From assembly GCA_023244855.1 (NCBI GenBank), contig JAHFLO010000003.1, forward strand, positions 1 to 58,198: a stretch of 58,198 nucleotides of DNA, written 5' to 3'. This document shows, piece by piece, positions 1 to 8,177 of the stretch (positions are counted from its first letter, which is position 1; the number at the start of each line of letters is the position of its first letter). Position numbers and translations under genes: made by a program. The notes under the pieces were generated by a model. It made no database searches. It saw only the letters and a list, made by a program, of their open reading frames with translations, and was not told the origin of the DNA. This DNA comes from Candidatus Harrisonbacteria bacterium (GTDB taxonomy: Bacteria > Patescibacteriota > Minisyncoccia > UBA6257 > UBA11618).

Positions 1-98
1 ATTTTCGCCGTGCGAAGCCCCGCGAGCGCGAGGTGGCCGGTAAGTATGGATATGTCGTGCTCGGGGTTTTTGCCCCCGAAAAATACACCGATAGTCAT
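1..98 (-). CDS. ddl: D-alanine--D-alanine ligase, 5' end only (gene runs off the left edge)
   Basis: Minus-strand ATG at 96-98. The translation MTIGVFFGGKNPEHDISILTGHLALAGLRTAK runs to the window edge. It matches the Ddl N-terminal GG(K/R)SxEHxVSxxSG signature. It starts 4 nt after the murF stop. Confidence 0.55.
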   Translation of the reverse strand, partial: MTIGVFFGGKNPEHDISILTGHLALAGLRTAK

Positions 99-102
99 GG
101 TT

Positions 103-1527
103 TTACAGGTAATTATCTGGCCAATCGTTTTGGAATAGTACTACGTCCCCGCTCTTTAGGATAGTCGGCAAGGCCGTATGGGCTTCCGTGGCCGTATTGA
201 ACCACAGGATATCTTGGTTCTTAAATTCCCCTGCTTTTAGACCTTCGGCTATGAATCCCGTCGCGCTGTTTTTAATGAGGATTACGATGTCTGCCACTGA
301 AGCGAGATCTGTGCCGATAGAGCGGTGGATTTCCGCGCTTCGCGAGCCCATTTCGACGAGGCCGGGGGTGACGTAGATCCTCCGTTTGTTTTTAAAACGG
401 GCGAGTACTCGCACGGCTTCGCGCGCGCCGTCCGGATTGCCGTTATAGCTGTCGTCAATTACCAATATGCCGTTTGCTGCGTTGAAGGGCTCTAGGCGGT
501 GCGCTATAGGCCGTGCCATGGCTACCCCATGCGTAATTTCGGCGCGTGTCATGCCTAAGGTTTCTGCCACGCAGACGGCGCCCATAAGCGTTGCCGGAGC
601 GTAGCCGCCAAGGAGCGGGGTTGTGAGGCGGTACGCCTCGCCATGCTCATTTGTAAGAGAGAAAGACTGCCGCAGGCCGTCCGGCTCAAAGCGAGTATCC
701 GCTATACGATAGCGTGGTAGATCCCCTGCTACGTCGCCGTAAAAGATTGCAGTACGTCCTTCGAGGTTTTCGGCGTACTGTGTGCGTACGCGCTTGTCCT
801 CGGCGTTAAGGATTGCGACAGCTCCTTTCTTAGCGTGCCGGACAATTTCGAACTTGGCGCTTATGGTATTTACGATACTGCCAAAGCGTTCGATGTGCGC
901 CTCGTTGATACCTGTGAGTACGGCAACGTCGGGTGGCGTAAGGGCGCAGAGTTCGCGTATGTCCCCTATGTGGTATGCGCCCATTTCTACGACGAGGACT
1001 TCGGTTTCGGCTGATACTTTTTCAAGTACGAAGCGCGCGATCCCTACGGGGGTGTTTACGCTTTCGGGCGTTGCAAGCGTCGCGAACCGTTCGGCAAGTA
1101 TTGAAGCGAGTATGGCCTTCATGGTGGTTTTGCCGTAACTGCCGGTAATGGCGACGATTTTAAGGTTAGGGAACCGCGCGAGCTTGTGCCTTGCTTTGCG
1201 CAGTATGCGGCCTTTTGCGAACGAGTCGAGCGGCAATGTTATAAGTACGGCGAGCGCGAGGTATGCGGGGAAAATAAAAAGGCTTACCAGTGCAAAAATC
1301 GCAGCGGTTATTGCGCTTGTAGAATAGAAAATAAAGCTGGCTATGATGATGGCCGCGATTGCGGCGAGTAGGGTTATCGCTTTAAGCTTTATAGTCCAAA
1401 CGGCTTTTTGGCGCATGTCGGCGTTAACCGAATAACGGCGTGCTAAAACGCCAAAATACCGCCCGAGGTCGTACTGCTCGAGCTGCAGGAGCGCTATATG
1501 GTAGCGGATTAAGCGAACCGGATTCAT
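103..1527 (-). CDS. murF: MurF-like Mur ligase (UDP-MurNAc-peptide--D-Ala-D-Ala ligase) with a transmembrane N-terminus
   Basis: The 513-aa ORF is trimmed to Met40 (ATG 1525-1527) because the long form overlaps the upstream gene by 80 nt. It has the Mur-ligase P-loop AITGSYGKTTMK and a MurF-like C-terminal TPGLVEMGSRSAEIHRSIG, and is followed directly by ddl. The first ~110 aa contain three hydrophobic helices in place of the usual domain 1. Confidence 0.75.
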   Translation of the reverse strand: MNPVRLIRYHIALLQLEQYDLGRYFGVLARRYSVNADMRQKAVWTIKLKAITLLAAIAAIIIASFIFYSTSAITAAIFALVSLFIFPAYLALAVLITLPLDSFAKGRILRKARHKLARFPNLKIVAITGSYGKTTMKAILASILAERFATLATPESVNTPVGIARFVLEKVSAETEVLVVEMGAYHIGDIRELCALTPPDVAVLTGINEAHIERFGSIVNTISAKFEIVRHAKKGAVAILNAEDKRVRTQYAENLEGRTAIFYGDVAGDLPRYRIADTRFEPDGLRQSFSLTNEHGEAYRLTTPLLGGYAPATLMGAVCVAETLGMTRAEITHGVAMARPIAHRLEPFNAANGILVIDDSYNGNPDGAREAVRVLARFKNKRRIYVTPGLVEMGSRSAEIHRSIGTDLASVADIVILIKNSATGFIAEGLKAGEFKNQDILWFNTATEAHTALPTILKSGDVVLFQNDWPDNYL

Positions 1528-1564
1528 TGCCGGTAATACTAGCGTATTTACAGCTTTTTTACCA

Positions 1565-2317
1565 CTAAACGGCGATATTTTTTGTAAGTAGTGCGACGAA
1601 TTTTTCAGGCTGCTCGCTGAAGCAATAATGCCCTGTGCCTTCAATAACTTCGAGACGGGCGTTTAGGATGAGATGCGCCATGTGCTTGCCATATACAAGC
1701 GGGGCCGTAACGTCTTTATCACCCCAGACTATAAGCGTATCGGTTTTAATGCGCGGTAGGAGCGGGTCGAGGTTTTCGTTTATGATATTCACGAACGTTT
1801 TTTGCAGTTCTGGAGTAGCAAGATAATCTTCCGCGCCCATCCATGCGTACATTTTTTTGCGGAGCGGAGTCATAAAGCGTGGGGCAAAAAAAGGCTTCGC
1901 GATTTTTGCGAGGCAGGCTTTGAGCCCTACAAAAGCGGGCCGTGCGCCGCCGCTTGCGACGAGTACGAGCTTGTCCATAAAGTCCGGACTTTCTGCAGCG
2001 AGCTTTGCAGCGATGCGTGCGCCAGCGGAGTGGCCTATGACTGCATGAATTTTTAGGTCGAGCTTTTCCGCGAATATGCGTACGGTCTCGGCGTAGTCAT
2101 GAAGTGTGTAGGGCTGCTTAGGAGCTTCGGACGCGCCAAATCCGGGGAGATCTATGAATATAAGGCGGTGGCCGGAGTTTTCCATGAGCTGCGCGACGGG
2201 TAGCCAGGCTTCTTTATTGGAGCGCCAGCCGTGGAGAAAAATAAGGGAACGGTCACCGCGTCCGGCGGTGCTGTATGATATGACGGACTCATTGATGATG
2301 ATTTGGCGGGATTCCAT
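1565..2317 (-). CDS. alpha/beta-fold hydrolase
   Basis: Oxyanion region IFLHGWRSN, nucleophile elbow GHSAGA (GxSxG), C-terminal GTGHY histidine. The ATG at 2315-2317 is preferred over the TTG at 2341. Confidence 0.7.
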   Translation of the reverse strand: MESRQIIINESVISYSTAGRGDRSLIFLHGWRSNKEAWLPVAQLMENSGHRLIFIDLPGFGASEAPKQPYTLHDYAETVRIFAEKLDLKIHAVIGHSAGARIAAKLAAESPDFMDKLVLVASGGARPAFVGLKACLAKIAKPFFAPRFMTPLRKKMYAWMGAEDYLATPELQKTFVNIINENLDPLLPRIKTDTLIVWGDKDVTAPLVYGKHMAHLILNARLEVIEGTGHYCFSEQPEKFVALLTKNIAV

Positions 2318-2370
2318 TCGTAAACGTTCGTCGTAGCACAAAAAGAAAAACTGTTTAGTTTTTCTTTTTG

Positions 2371-2442
2371 TGCTCCCACGGAGAATCGAACTCCGGTTTC
2401 GACGATGAGAACGTCATGTCCTAACCACTAGACGATAGGAGC
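2371..2442 (-). tRNA. tRNA-Glu (anticodon CUC)
   Basis: The reverse complement is GCTCCTATCGTCTAGTGGTTAGGACATGACGTTCTCATCGTCGAAACCGGAGTTCGATTCTCCGTGGGAGCA. It folds as a 72-nt cloverleaf: 7-bp acceptor, Glu-type D arm, anticodon loop TTCTCAT, T arm CGGAG/TTCGATT/CTCCG. CCA is not encoded. Confidence 0.9.
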
Positions 2443-2448
2443 TTGGCA

Positions 2449-3621
2449 TTAATAACCTCTTTTCGAAATGAGTCCTAAGCCCTCGATAATCGCTTCGAGT
2501 CCTTGTCCCGTTATGAGGACAAGGTCGTCGCGTTCGATGATAGCTTGCAATTCGGCTGCCGCCGCTTCCCCGTTATCAAAGCGTATTTTCTTTTTACTGT
2601 CAACGTTTATTGGACTATTTCCTATAGTTATTATTGCGTCGCACGTCTTAATTGCGAGTTTATTTAATATATCTTGCATACGCCACTCGTCGCCCTGTTT
2701 CTGTACCGCGCCGAACACACCAATGACGCGCTTTGCGGGTATTGCGAGAGCGGCTTCGAGGGCGTTGTATAAGGCTTCTTCGGTGGACGCATTAGTGTCG
2801 TTTAGCATGTATGTCCCCTTTTTACCCATAGATAGGCTCATACGGCCTTTCGGTATTTCCAAGTAGCGTAGTGCTTCCGCGGTACGCGCGAGATGCAAGC
2901 CAAAGGCTGTGCCAACGCACATCGCGGCCGCCGCGGCGTATGCAGCTGCTTTGCCAAAGGTGTTATCCATTGTGACATGAGCTGATTGGTTGCCGTATGT
3001 GACGGTAAAAGATATGCCTACGGGTTTGTTTCCGCTTGGTGTTTTTTCGGATCGGTGGACGAGATTGCTAAGTATAAGGTCCGCACCCTCTTCGAAGCCG
3101 AACGTTATTGCCCGTGCGCGCGTGCGCAAAGCGACAGCGCGGGTGCGGGCGTCATCGCGGTTAATGACTGCGTAGCCGTTAGATGGCAATCCGCTTAAAA
3201 GTCTTCCTGCGTCCGTTTCGCTTTCGTGGGCGATTGCCGTAACGATAGTTATTTGCGGACGGGCAATAGATATAAAACGGTGAGACTCTCCTTTGGGGCA
3301 TTCGAGGATAAGAAGCTCAGGATAGTTGGATGACATGTATGCCGTTTTAAATGCCGTCCATAAGGCGCGCGTCCAAAAAAGGAATCCGCTTTCTTCTTTT
3401 TTGATACCGAGTGCAGCAAACGGTAAGTGCATCCGCTCATTCACTTCTTCACTTGTTGTGTGTATAGAGCGGATATCCGCAAGAACGCTCATCAGTGCAA
3501 CTTGTGTGGTTGTTTTTCCGACACCTCCCGTTATTGCGATGATCCCTGGTTCGTATTTTAAAACTGCGCGCATTGCGCAGTGCATTATAAAAGCTTCGCG
3601 TTTCTCAACGATAAACGGCAT
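2449..3621 (-). CDS. Mur ligase family protein (MurE position in the dcw cluster, MurF-like sequence), no N-terminal domain 1
   Basis: The P-loop IAITGGVGKTTTQ sits already at residue ~30. Central and C-terminal Mur ligase domains are present. The ATG lies 4 nt after the ftsI stop. At 390 aa it is about 100 aa shorter than a typical MurE. Confidence 0.6.
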   Translation of the reverse strand: MPFIVEKREAFIMHCAMRAVLKYEPGIIAITGGVGKTTTQVALMSVLADIRSIHTTSEEVNERMHLPFAALGIKKEESGFLFWTRALWTAFKTAYMSSNYPELLILECPKGESHRFISIARPQITIVTAIAHESETDAGRLLSGLPSNGYAVINRDDARTRAVALRTRARAITFGFEEGADLILSNLVHRSEKTPSGNKPVGISFTVTYGNQSAHVTMDNTFGKAAAYAAAAAMCVGTAFGLHLARTAEALRYLEIPKGRMSLSMGKKGTYMLNDTNASTEEALYNALEAALAIPAKRVIGVFGAVQKQGDEWRMQDILNKLAIKTCDAIITIGNSPINVDSKKKIRFDNGEAAAAELQAIIERDDLVLITGQGLEAIIEGLGLISKRGY

Positions 3622-3625
3622 GCGG

Positions 3626-5278
3626 TTACTGTACCACAGGTTCTGCCTGTAAGTTGTCCGGCGGTATGCCGTAATAATCGATTATGAATTCCGCAAGTTG
3701 CCGGAATGCGGGGACGACCGTCGTTCCCGCAAGCGGGGCACCTCTTGGCTTATCAAGTTTTATAAGTATCGCAATGCGTGGTTTCGAGGCGGGGAAGAAC
3801 CCCGTGTAGGTATTGATAACGTCCTTCGTGTAGCCGCCGCGCACGAAGTCCACCGCCTGCGCGGTGCCGGTCTTGCCCGCCACCGTGAAGTTTGGGATAT
3901 GCGCCACCCGCGCCTTATCTACTGCCGAAACCATCATCGTAGTCGTCTGGTCCGCCGCCTTTTTCGTGAGCACCGTACGTACCGTTGTAGGTTCCGTGCC
4001 CGCCGTTATAAAGGGTTTCATGAGGGAGCCGCGGTTCGCGATTGCGCTTATAGCCGTAAGCATTTGGATTGGGGTAACGGCCACGCCTTGCCCGAAAGAG
4101 GCTGCGGCGAAGTCGATGTCCGCCGTGTGCGTTTTGATGTTTTTTAGGTTGCCGCCGACTTCGCCCGGCAATTCGATGCCAGTGGGGTCTGCGAAACCGA
4201 AGTTGACGACATATTTATAAAACGGCGCGTTGCCGATTTCCCTCTGCATGAAGGCGGCGCCGGTATTGAGCGATTCTTCGATTACGTTCGTCATCGTCAC
4301 GGTGCCGTGCGCTTTCAAATCCCAGTTGCGAATAACTGTGCCGTCGTCGAATTTCAGGGCGCCCGTGTCGTAATAGGTCATGTCGGGCGTGATAGCTCCT
4401 GTGTCGAGGCCGATCGCGGCAGTAATGACCTTAAAGACGGATCCTGGTTCGTAGCGCGCCTGCACTGCGGGGTTCGTAAGGTTTTTAAGCGGAGAATCGG
4501 AATACGATGCGGGGTCGAAGTCGGGCGCGGAGGCCATTGCGAGGATCTTGCCGGTTGCCGGTTCCTGCACGATTACCGTTCCGCCTTCGGCATGCTTCTC
4601 CGTAATAAGCTTTTTGAGTATTTTTTCCGCTTCCGTTTGTATTTGCCGGTCGAGCGTTAAGGCAACGTCGGCGCCTTGGGTTGCGTCCGTTACCGTGCCG
4701 TTATCGAGTGATCCTGCGGTGCCTGCAAGCGTCTTCTCGAACTGTTTTTCAATGCCGTAGCGGCCTACCGTACTATCGTCGTCGCCTGAGGGCGCTACAA
4801 ACCCGATTACGTGGCTTGCGAGTGAGCCATGGGCGTAAAGGCGTTTTTCCTGTTCGTCCATGCGAATACCGGCAATATCCGCTTCTGCTATTTGGGCCGC
4901 CTGTTCGGGGGTAGGGTCCTTCAAAAGTACTTGGTACGAGCCTTTTTTACCGAGGATTTTACGTACGGCGTCGGCTTCCATGCCGAGTATGGGGCTTAAG
5001 TTTTCGACCGCCGTATCAATATCTTTTATTTCGCGCGGGACGGCGATAACTACTTGGTGCGGCTGGTTACCCGCTACGGGAAACAAATCACCGTTCTTGT
5101 CAGTCACGGTTATTAGCCCGCGGTGCGGCTCCATGAAGCCTGCAAGGCGGTATTGAGTAGCGGCGCGTAAAGAGTAAAACGACCCCTTGGCAATTTGGAG
5201 GTCATATAACTGCAAACCAAGCACTATGTACGCTACGGTGATGCCGGAGAAGACTGCGTATGACCGTAGCGATTTCAT
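3626..5278 (-). CDS. ftsI: penicillin-binding protein 2 / FtsI-type transpeptidase
   Basis: N-terminal TM anchor, then SxxK (GSVFK), SxN (ESLNTG) and KTGT (AGKTGTA) motifs in the canonical order. It sits after the ftsL-like gene in the dcw cluster. Confidence 0.85.
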   Translation of the reverse strand: MKSLRSYAVFSGITVAYIVLGLQLYDLQIAKGSFYSLRAATQYRLAGFMEPHRGLITVTDKNGDLFPVAGNQPHQVVIAVPREIKDIDTAVENLSPILGMEADAVRKILGKKGSYQVLLKDPTPEQAAQIAEADIAGIRMDEQEKRLYAHGSLASHVIGFVAPSGDDDSTVGRYGIEKQFEKTLAGTAGSLDNGTVTDATQGADVALTLDRQIQTEAEKILKKLITEKHAEGGTVIVQEPATGKILAMASAPDFDPASYSDSPLKNLTNPAVQARYEPGSVFKVITAAIGLDTGAITPDMTYYDTGALKFDDGTVIRNWDLKAHGTVTMTNVIEESLNTGAAFMQREIGNAPFYKYVVNFGFADPTGIELPGEVGGNLKNIKTHTADIDFAAASFGQGVAVTPIQMLTAISAIANRGSLMKPFITAGTEPTTVRTVLTKKAADQTTTMMVSAVDKARVAHIPNFTVAGKTGTAQAVDFVRGGYTKDVINTYTGFFPASKPRIAILIKLDKPRGAPLAGTTVVPAFRQLAEFIIDYYGIPPDNLQAEPVVQ

Positions 5279-5284
5279 TGAAGG

Positions 5285-5575
5285 CTAAGACTGAAGATAT
5301 CGGGGGGAAGTTATTTTTACGAAGCCGTATTCTTTCACGAGGCGTTCCATATTCGTTCCGTTCACTGCCTCGTACCAGCTGTTTTTGAGCGAGGCGTTTT
5401 CACCCCGTGCCGATTCGAGCGATTTTTGCCCCGTTTGAACATCATGTTCAACGGCTACTGTCTTAGTATATACGATTGCGTTTCCGGCCGTAAGCGCGAC
5501 GATAAGAAAGAGGCCGATAACGAGGATAGGATTGGTTTTTACGCGCTTTATTTTTTTGGGATGGATGATGGTCAT
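5285..5575 (-). CDS. FtsL-like small bitopic cell-division protein
   Basis: 96 aa with a basic N-terminus, one TM helix (ILVIGLFLIVALTAGNAIVY) and a short coiled C-terminal part. It lies between rsmH and ftsI, where ftsL normally sits. Confidence 0.5.
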   Translation of the reverse strand: MTIIHPKKIKRVKTNPILVIGLFLIVALTAGNAIVYTKTVAVEHDVQTGQKSLESARGENASLKNSWYEAVNGTNMERLVKEYGFVKITSPRYLQS

Positions 5576-5579
5576 GGTG

Positions 5580-6500
5580 TTATGTAACGATGCAGATTCT
5601 TAATTTTGCGGAACGGGCGCGGGGATTTATTTTTATTTCTTCGTCGCTCGGCAGTAGGGGTTTTTTTGTGAGTATCGTGAGCCTTCCCTCTTTCGCCATT
5701 TCCCTGAAGCGGTGCTTCACGATACGGTCTTCGAGCGAGTGGAAGGATATGATCGCTACGTGCCCGCCGGGGGCAACTACCTGCGGCAGGGCGTTAATTG
5801 CCTGCTCCACGTTTTCGAGTTCCTTGTTGGCGTAGATGCGGAGCGCCATGAAAGTGCGGGTGGCGGGGTGTATGCGGTATTTACGGCCTTGGTTTGGTAC
5901 CGCATCCGTTATAATATCCGCGAGCTGTTTGGTGGTTTCTACCGGCATCTTCTGTTTTATGGCGCGGGCAATACGGGCGGCGTAGCGTTCTTCGCCGTAG
6001 GTTTTGATGATGGCGGCCAAGTCGTCTTCGGAGACTTCTTTTAAAATATCCGCGATGGATTCTTGGTTATCGCTGTACGTCATTAAAAGCGGCTCGTCTT
6101 CTTGGAAGGTGAAGCCGCGGCCGGAGTGGTTAAGCTCGTCCGAAGAAATACCGAGGTCGAGGATCACGCCGTTCGCCTTAGGGAAGAGGCTGAGGCGCGC
6201 GATATCCGCCATCTCGGCGAAGTTGCCCACGGCGCAGGTAACGCGCCGATCTTCCGCATAGCGTTCCGCACATCCGCGTACGGCGTGCTCGTTCCAGTCT
6301 ATGGCAAGTAGTTTTCCGGTTGCGCCCACGCGTTCCAAAATAAGGGCTGAGTGCCCTCCTGCGCCAAACGTACCGTCTATTACCGCATCCCCTGCTTTTG
6401 CTGCTATCGCATCTACCGTTTCATGAAGCATCACGGGGATATGCACTGTTCCGTTTATCTGTAATTTCGTTTCTTCCATACTGCGGGGCGTTGCGTTCAT
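5580..6500 (-). CDS. rsmH: 16S rRNA (cytosine1402-N4)-methyltransferase RsmH/MraW
   Basis: HIPVML near the N-terminus, SAM motif DGTFGAGGHS, and LGISSDEL and SFHSLEDRIVK motifs. It follows mraZ. Confidence 0.9.
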   Translation of the reverse strand: MNATPRSMEETKLQINGTVHIPVMLHETVDAIAAKAGDAVIDGTFGAGGHSALILERVGATGKLLAIDWNEHAVRGCAERYAEDRRVTCAVGNFAEMADIARLSLFPKANGVILDLGISSDELNHSGRGFTFQEDEPLLMTYSDNQESIADILKEVSEDDLAAIIKTYGEERYAARIARAIKQKMPVETTKQLADIITDAVPNQGRKYRIHPATRTFMALRIYANKELENVEQAINALPQVVAPGGHVAIISFHSLEDRIVKHRFREMAKEGRLTILTKKPLLPSDEEIKINPRARSAKLRICIVT

Positions 6501-6505
6501 AGGGG

Positions 6506-6937
6506 TCAGATGCCGAGTTCCGAAAGGCGTGCGGCGATTTCGTTCGACTGGGATTCGGTTTCTGCTTTGTATTTATTCCACGCAACGTCCTCCCAAATTT
6601 CGATGCGGCTGTAGAGGCCGGCAACGACTGCCTGTTTTTTGATATTGGCGTAGGTGCGGAGATAATCGGGTAAAAGGATGCGCCCTTGGGCATCGAGCGG
6701 GGCTTCCATGGCGCCTGCAAGCATAAGGCGGCCGAAGCCACGGGCGTTCGTGTCCGTAATGGGCATTGCCGCGATTTTCTTGGCTAATTCTTCCCAATCG
6801 GTTCCGCTAAATAAGAATAAACAGCGGTCGAGGCCGCGCGTTATTACGGCGCGCTCGCCTAAAGTGGCGCGGAATTTTGCAGGGATGGCGAGGCGTCCCT
6901 TTTCGTCCGTTGCGTGCTGATATTCGCCGATAAACAT
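6506..6937 (-). CDS. mraZ: transcriptional regulator MraZ
   Basis: Duplicated SpoVT/AbrB-like halves with DEKGRLAIPAKFR and DAQGRILLPDYLR. It is the first gene of the dcw cluster. Confidence 0.9.
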   Translation of the reverse strand: MFIGEYQHATDEKGRLAIPAKFRATLGERAVITRGLDRCLFLFSGTDWEELAKKIAAMPITDTNARGFGRLMLAGAMEAPLDAQGRILLPDYLRTYANIKKQAVVAGLYSRIEIWEDVAWNKYKAETESQSNEIAARLSELGI

Positions 6938-6975
6938 TAGTGTATTTAAAAGTTATCCCCTGATCGGCCGGTTAT

Positions 6976-7001
6976 CCCCACAGTTATCCACTCCTCCCCA
7001 C
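6976..7001 (-). promoter_or_regulatory. putative MraZ operator: three direct GTGG(G/A) repeats at exact 10-nt spacing
   Basis: The minus strand reads GTGGGGAGGA-GTGGATAACT-GTGGGGATAAC, with repeat 5' ends at 7001, 6991 and 6981. The repeats lie between the predicted -10 and the mraZ ATG. Related copies are at 7024-7032 and 6952-6960. Confidence 0.5.
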
Positions 7002-7015
7002 AAACCTTATTTTTA

Positions 7016-7043
7016 ATAGTATACCTCCCCACTTAGGGGTCAA
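7016..7043 (-). promoter_or_regulatory. putative sigma70-type promoter of the mraZ/dcw operon
   Basis: Minus strand TTGACC (7043-7038), 16-nt spacer, TACTAT (7021-7016). GTTATCCACA abuts the -35. Confidence 0.4.
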
Positions 7044-7164
7044 TGTGGATAACCCCGAATCCGCGGGGCTATGGGGACCCGTTGCGGTTAAGGGTTTGTA
7101 TGAAAAAAGCCGGACACATGCGGGGTGTCCGGCTTCTGATTTTTAACTTGGTCGGAGGGATGTG

Positions 7165-7926
7165 TTACGGCGCAAGCCAAATTAATGAGCAATTTCGCCC
7201 ATCTTCGCCGGTCTGTCCCTCATTTTCATGCCGTGTATGGGACCAGAATTTGAATGCATCTCCTTCTTTCGCACAACATGTGCATTGGGCTTCGAGGGTG
7301 ATGCGTGTCTGGTAAATTCCCGCATGACAGAGAAGATCATTCGCGAGTTTGTACAAATCCACCGTTCTATTTCCACCATACTTCGTTTCGCTAAGGCAGC
7401 TTTCGAGTATTGTGGGGTGCCTGCTGAGTTGCGGATTCCAAATCTCAGTCTTATCAGGTTCGGGGATCCAGCAGCAGGGACCGATGCCGCCAAAGACCAG
7501 TGCTTCTGCTCGTAGTGGGTCAAAATGGCGCATAGCTGCCTCAATAATCCCTTCTTCATTTGCATCAGAACGAATGAGACAGCGATAACCAGCATGGAGG
7601 ATTACGGCGAAATCCTCTTGCTTAAGGCAGATTATGGGACAGTCGCCGTTGAAAATTGCGACCGCCGTATCCGTTCCATGGAGCAGGGCACCGTCGGCTT
7701 TTTCTTTGGTGCGGATAAGGCGTTCGCTCCAGGTGTCGTCGTCGCTCGAGCCGATTTCGGCTATCCGTGTAGTAAATGCCGTTGCTGGGGCGAAAATTCT
7801 GCGCACCTGACTTGGTAAGACATAAGCTTGTGCCTGATCCATCGTTCTTAGGAATTCCTCTCGAGGTTTTGCGGGATGGAAATTACCGTGTTTTTTACCG
7901 AGTACTGCTTTGCATATACGAGGCAT
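7165..7926 (-). CDS. pgeF: YfiH/PgeF-family (DUF152, laccase-domain) protein
   Basis: By eye it aligns to E. coli YfiH landmarks: NGDCPII (TADCLPV), ILHAGYRC (AHAGWRG), GIGPCCW (GPAIGP), VDLYKLAN, and CTCC...FWSHTR...GRNCSLIWL (CTY...FFSYRRD..TGR...IWL). The start is set at the second ATG (7926), which sits 8 nt after the AAGGAG SD. Confidence 0.65.
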   Translation of the reverse strand: MPRICKAVLGKKHGNFHPAKPREEFLRTMDQAQAYVLPSQVRRIFAPATAFTTRIAEIGSSDDDTWSERLIRTKEKADGALLHGTDTAVAIFNGDCPIICLKQEDFAVILHAGYRCLIRSDANEEGIIEAAMRHFDPLRAEALVFGGIGPCCWIPEPDKTEIWNPQLSRHPTILESCLSETKYGGNRTVDLYKLANDLLCHAGIYQTRITLEAQCTCCAKEGDAFKFWSHTRHENEGQTGEDGRNCSLIWLAP

Positions 7927-7976
7927 CGTCATGACTCCTTATTTTGTTTTCGATGATCGAATTCTAACTCAATATC

Positions 7977-8006
7977 ATTATACCATTTTTTGATTAAAAA
8001 AGTCAA
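7977..8006 (-). promoter_or_regulatory. putative promoter of the pgeF-like gene
   Basis: Minus strand TTGACT (8006-8001), 18-nt spacer, TGgTATAAT extended -10 (TATAAT = 7982-7977). Confidence 0.5.
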
Positions 8007-8032
8007 TAGCTGCTCATTTTCTCGTTTTTTTG

Positions 8033-8104
8033 TGCGCATTGCTGGAATCGGACCAGCGACCCTTGCAATGTGAATGCAATGCTCTACCACTGAGCTAAAT
8101 GCGC
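8033..8104 (-). tRNA. tRNA-Val (anticodon CAC)
   Basis: The reverse complement is GCGCATTTAGCTCAGTGGTAGAGCATTGCATTCACATTGCAAGGGTCGCTGGTCCGATTCCAGCAATGCGCA. It folds as a 72-nt cloverleaf with anticodon loop TTCACAT. The T loop reads TCCGATT, so position 55 is C rather than T. CCA is not encoded. Confidence 0.8.
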
Positions 8105-8123
8105 GTGCTTTTCGTATCCATAA

Positions 8124-8159
8124 TAAACAAAAACAGCCTTTTTGGAAAGGCTGTTTTTG
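8124..8159 (-). terminator. rho-independent terminator after rplL (bidirectional shape)
   Basis: 9-bp stem ACAGCCTTT / AAAGGCTGT (8133-8141 / 8146-8154) with a 4-nt loop. It is flanked by T runs on both strands. Confidence 0.7.
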
Positions 8160-8177
8160 TTTGGCTGATGTCGAATT

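Noticed and set aside
1528-1644. The longer N-terminal extensions offered by the ORF track. They affect murF, rnc, nusB, the GNAT, the 22685 membrane protein, several GT4 and methyltransferase genes, the 41612 gene and the 57004 gene.
   Set aside because: Each extension overlaps the upstream gene by tens of nt in another frame or crosses rpmF or a terminator. Internal ATGs give N-termini typical of the families (for example MKKILLL..., MKKTLLIIPTYNE, and a signal peptide at Met23).
6950-7055. The cluster of DnaA-box-like TTATCC(A/C)C elements as a replication origin (oriC).
   Set aside because: No dnaA or dnaN lies nearby and no AT-rich unwinding element is adjacent. The boxes are direct repeats with strict 10-nt phasing between a promoter and mraZ, which fits an MraZ operator better. 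An isolated role of DnaA as a transcription factor is kept as an alternative in the findings.
7043-7315. 90-aa plus-strand ORF spanning the mraZ promoter region and the 3' end of the pgeF-like gene.
   Set aside because: It overlaps the regulatory repeats and a motif-supported gene, and its composition is not protein-like.
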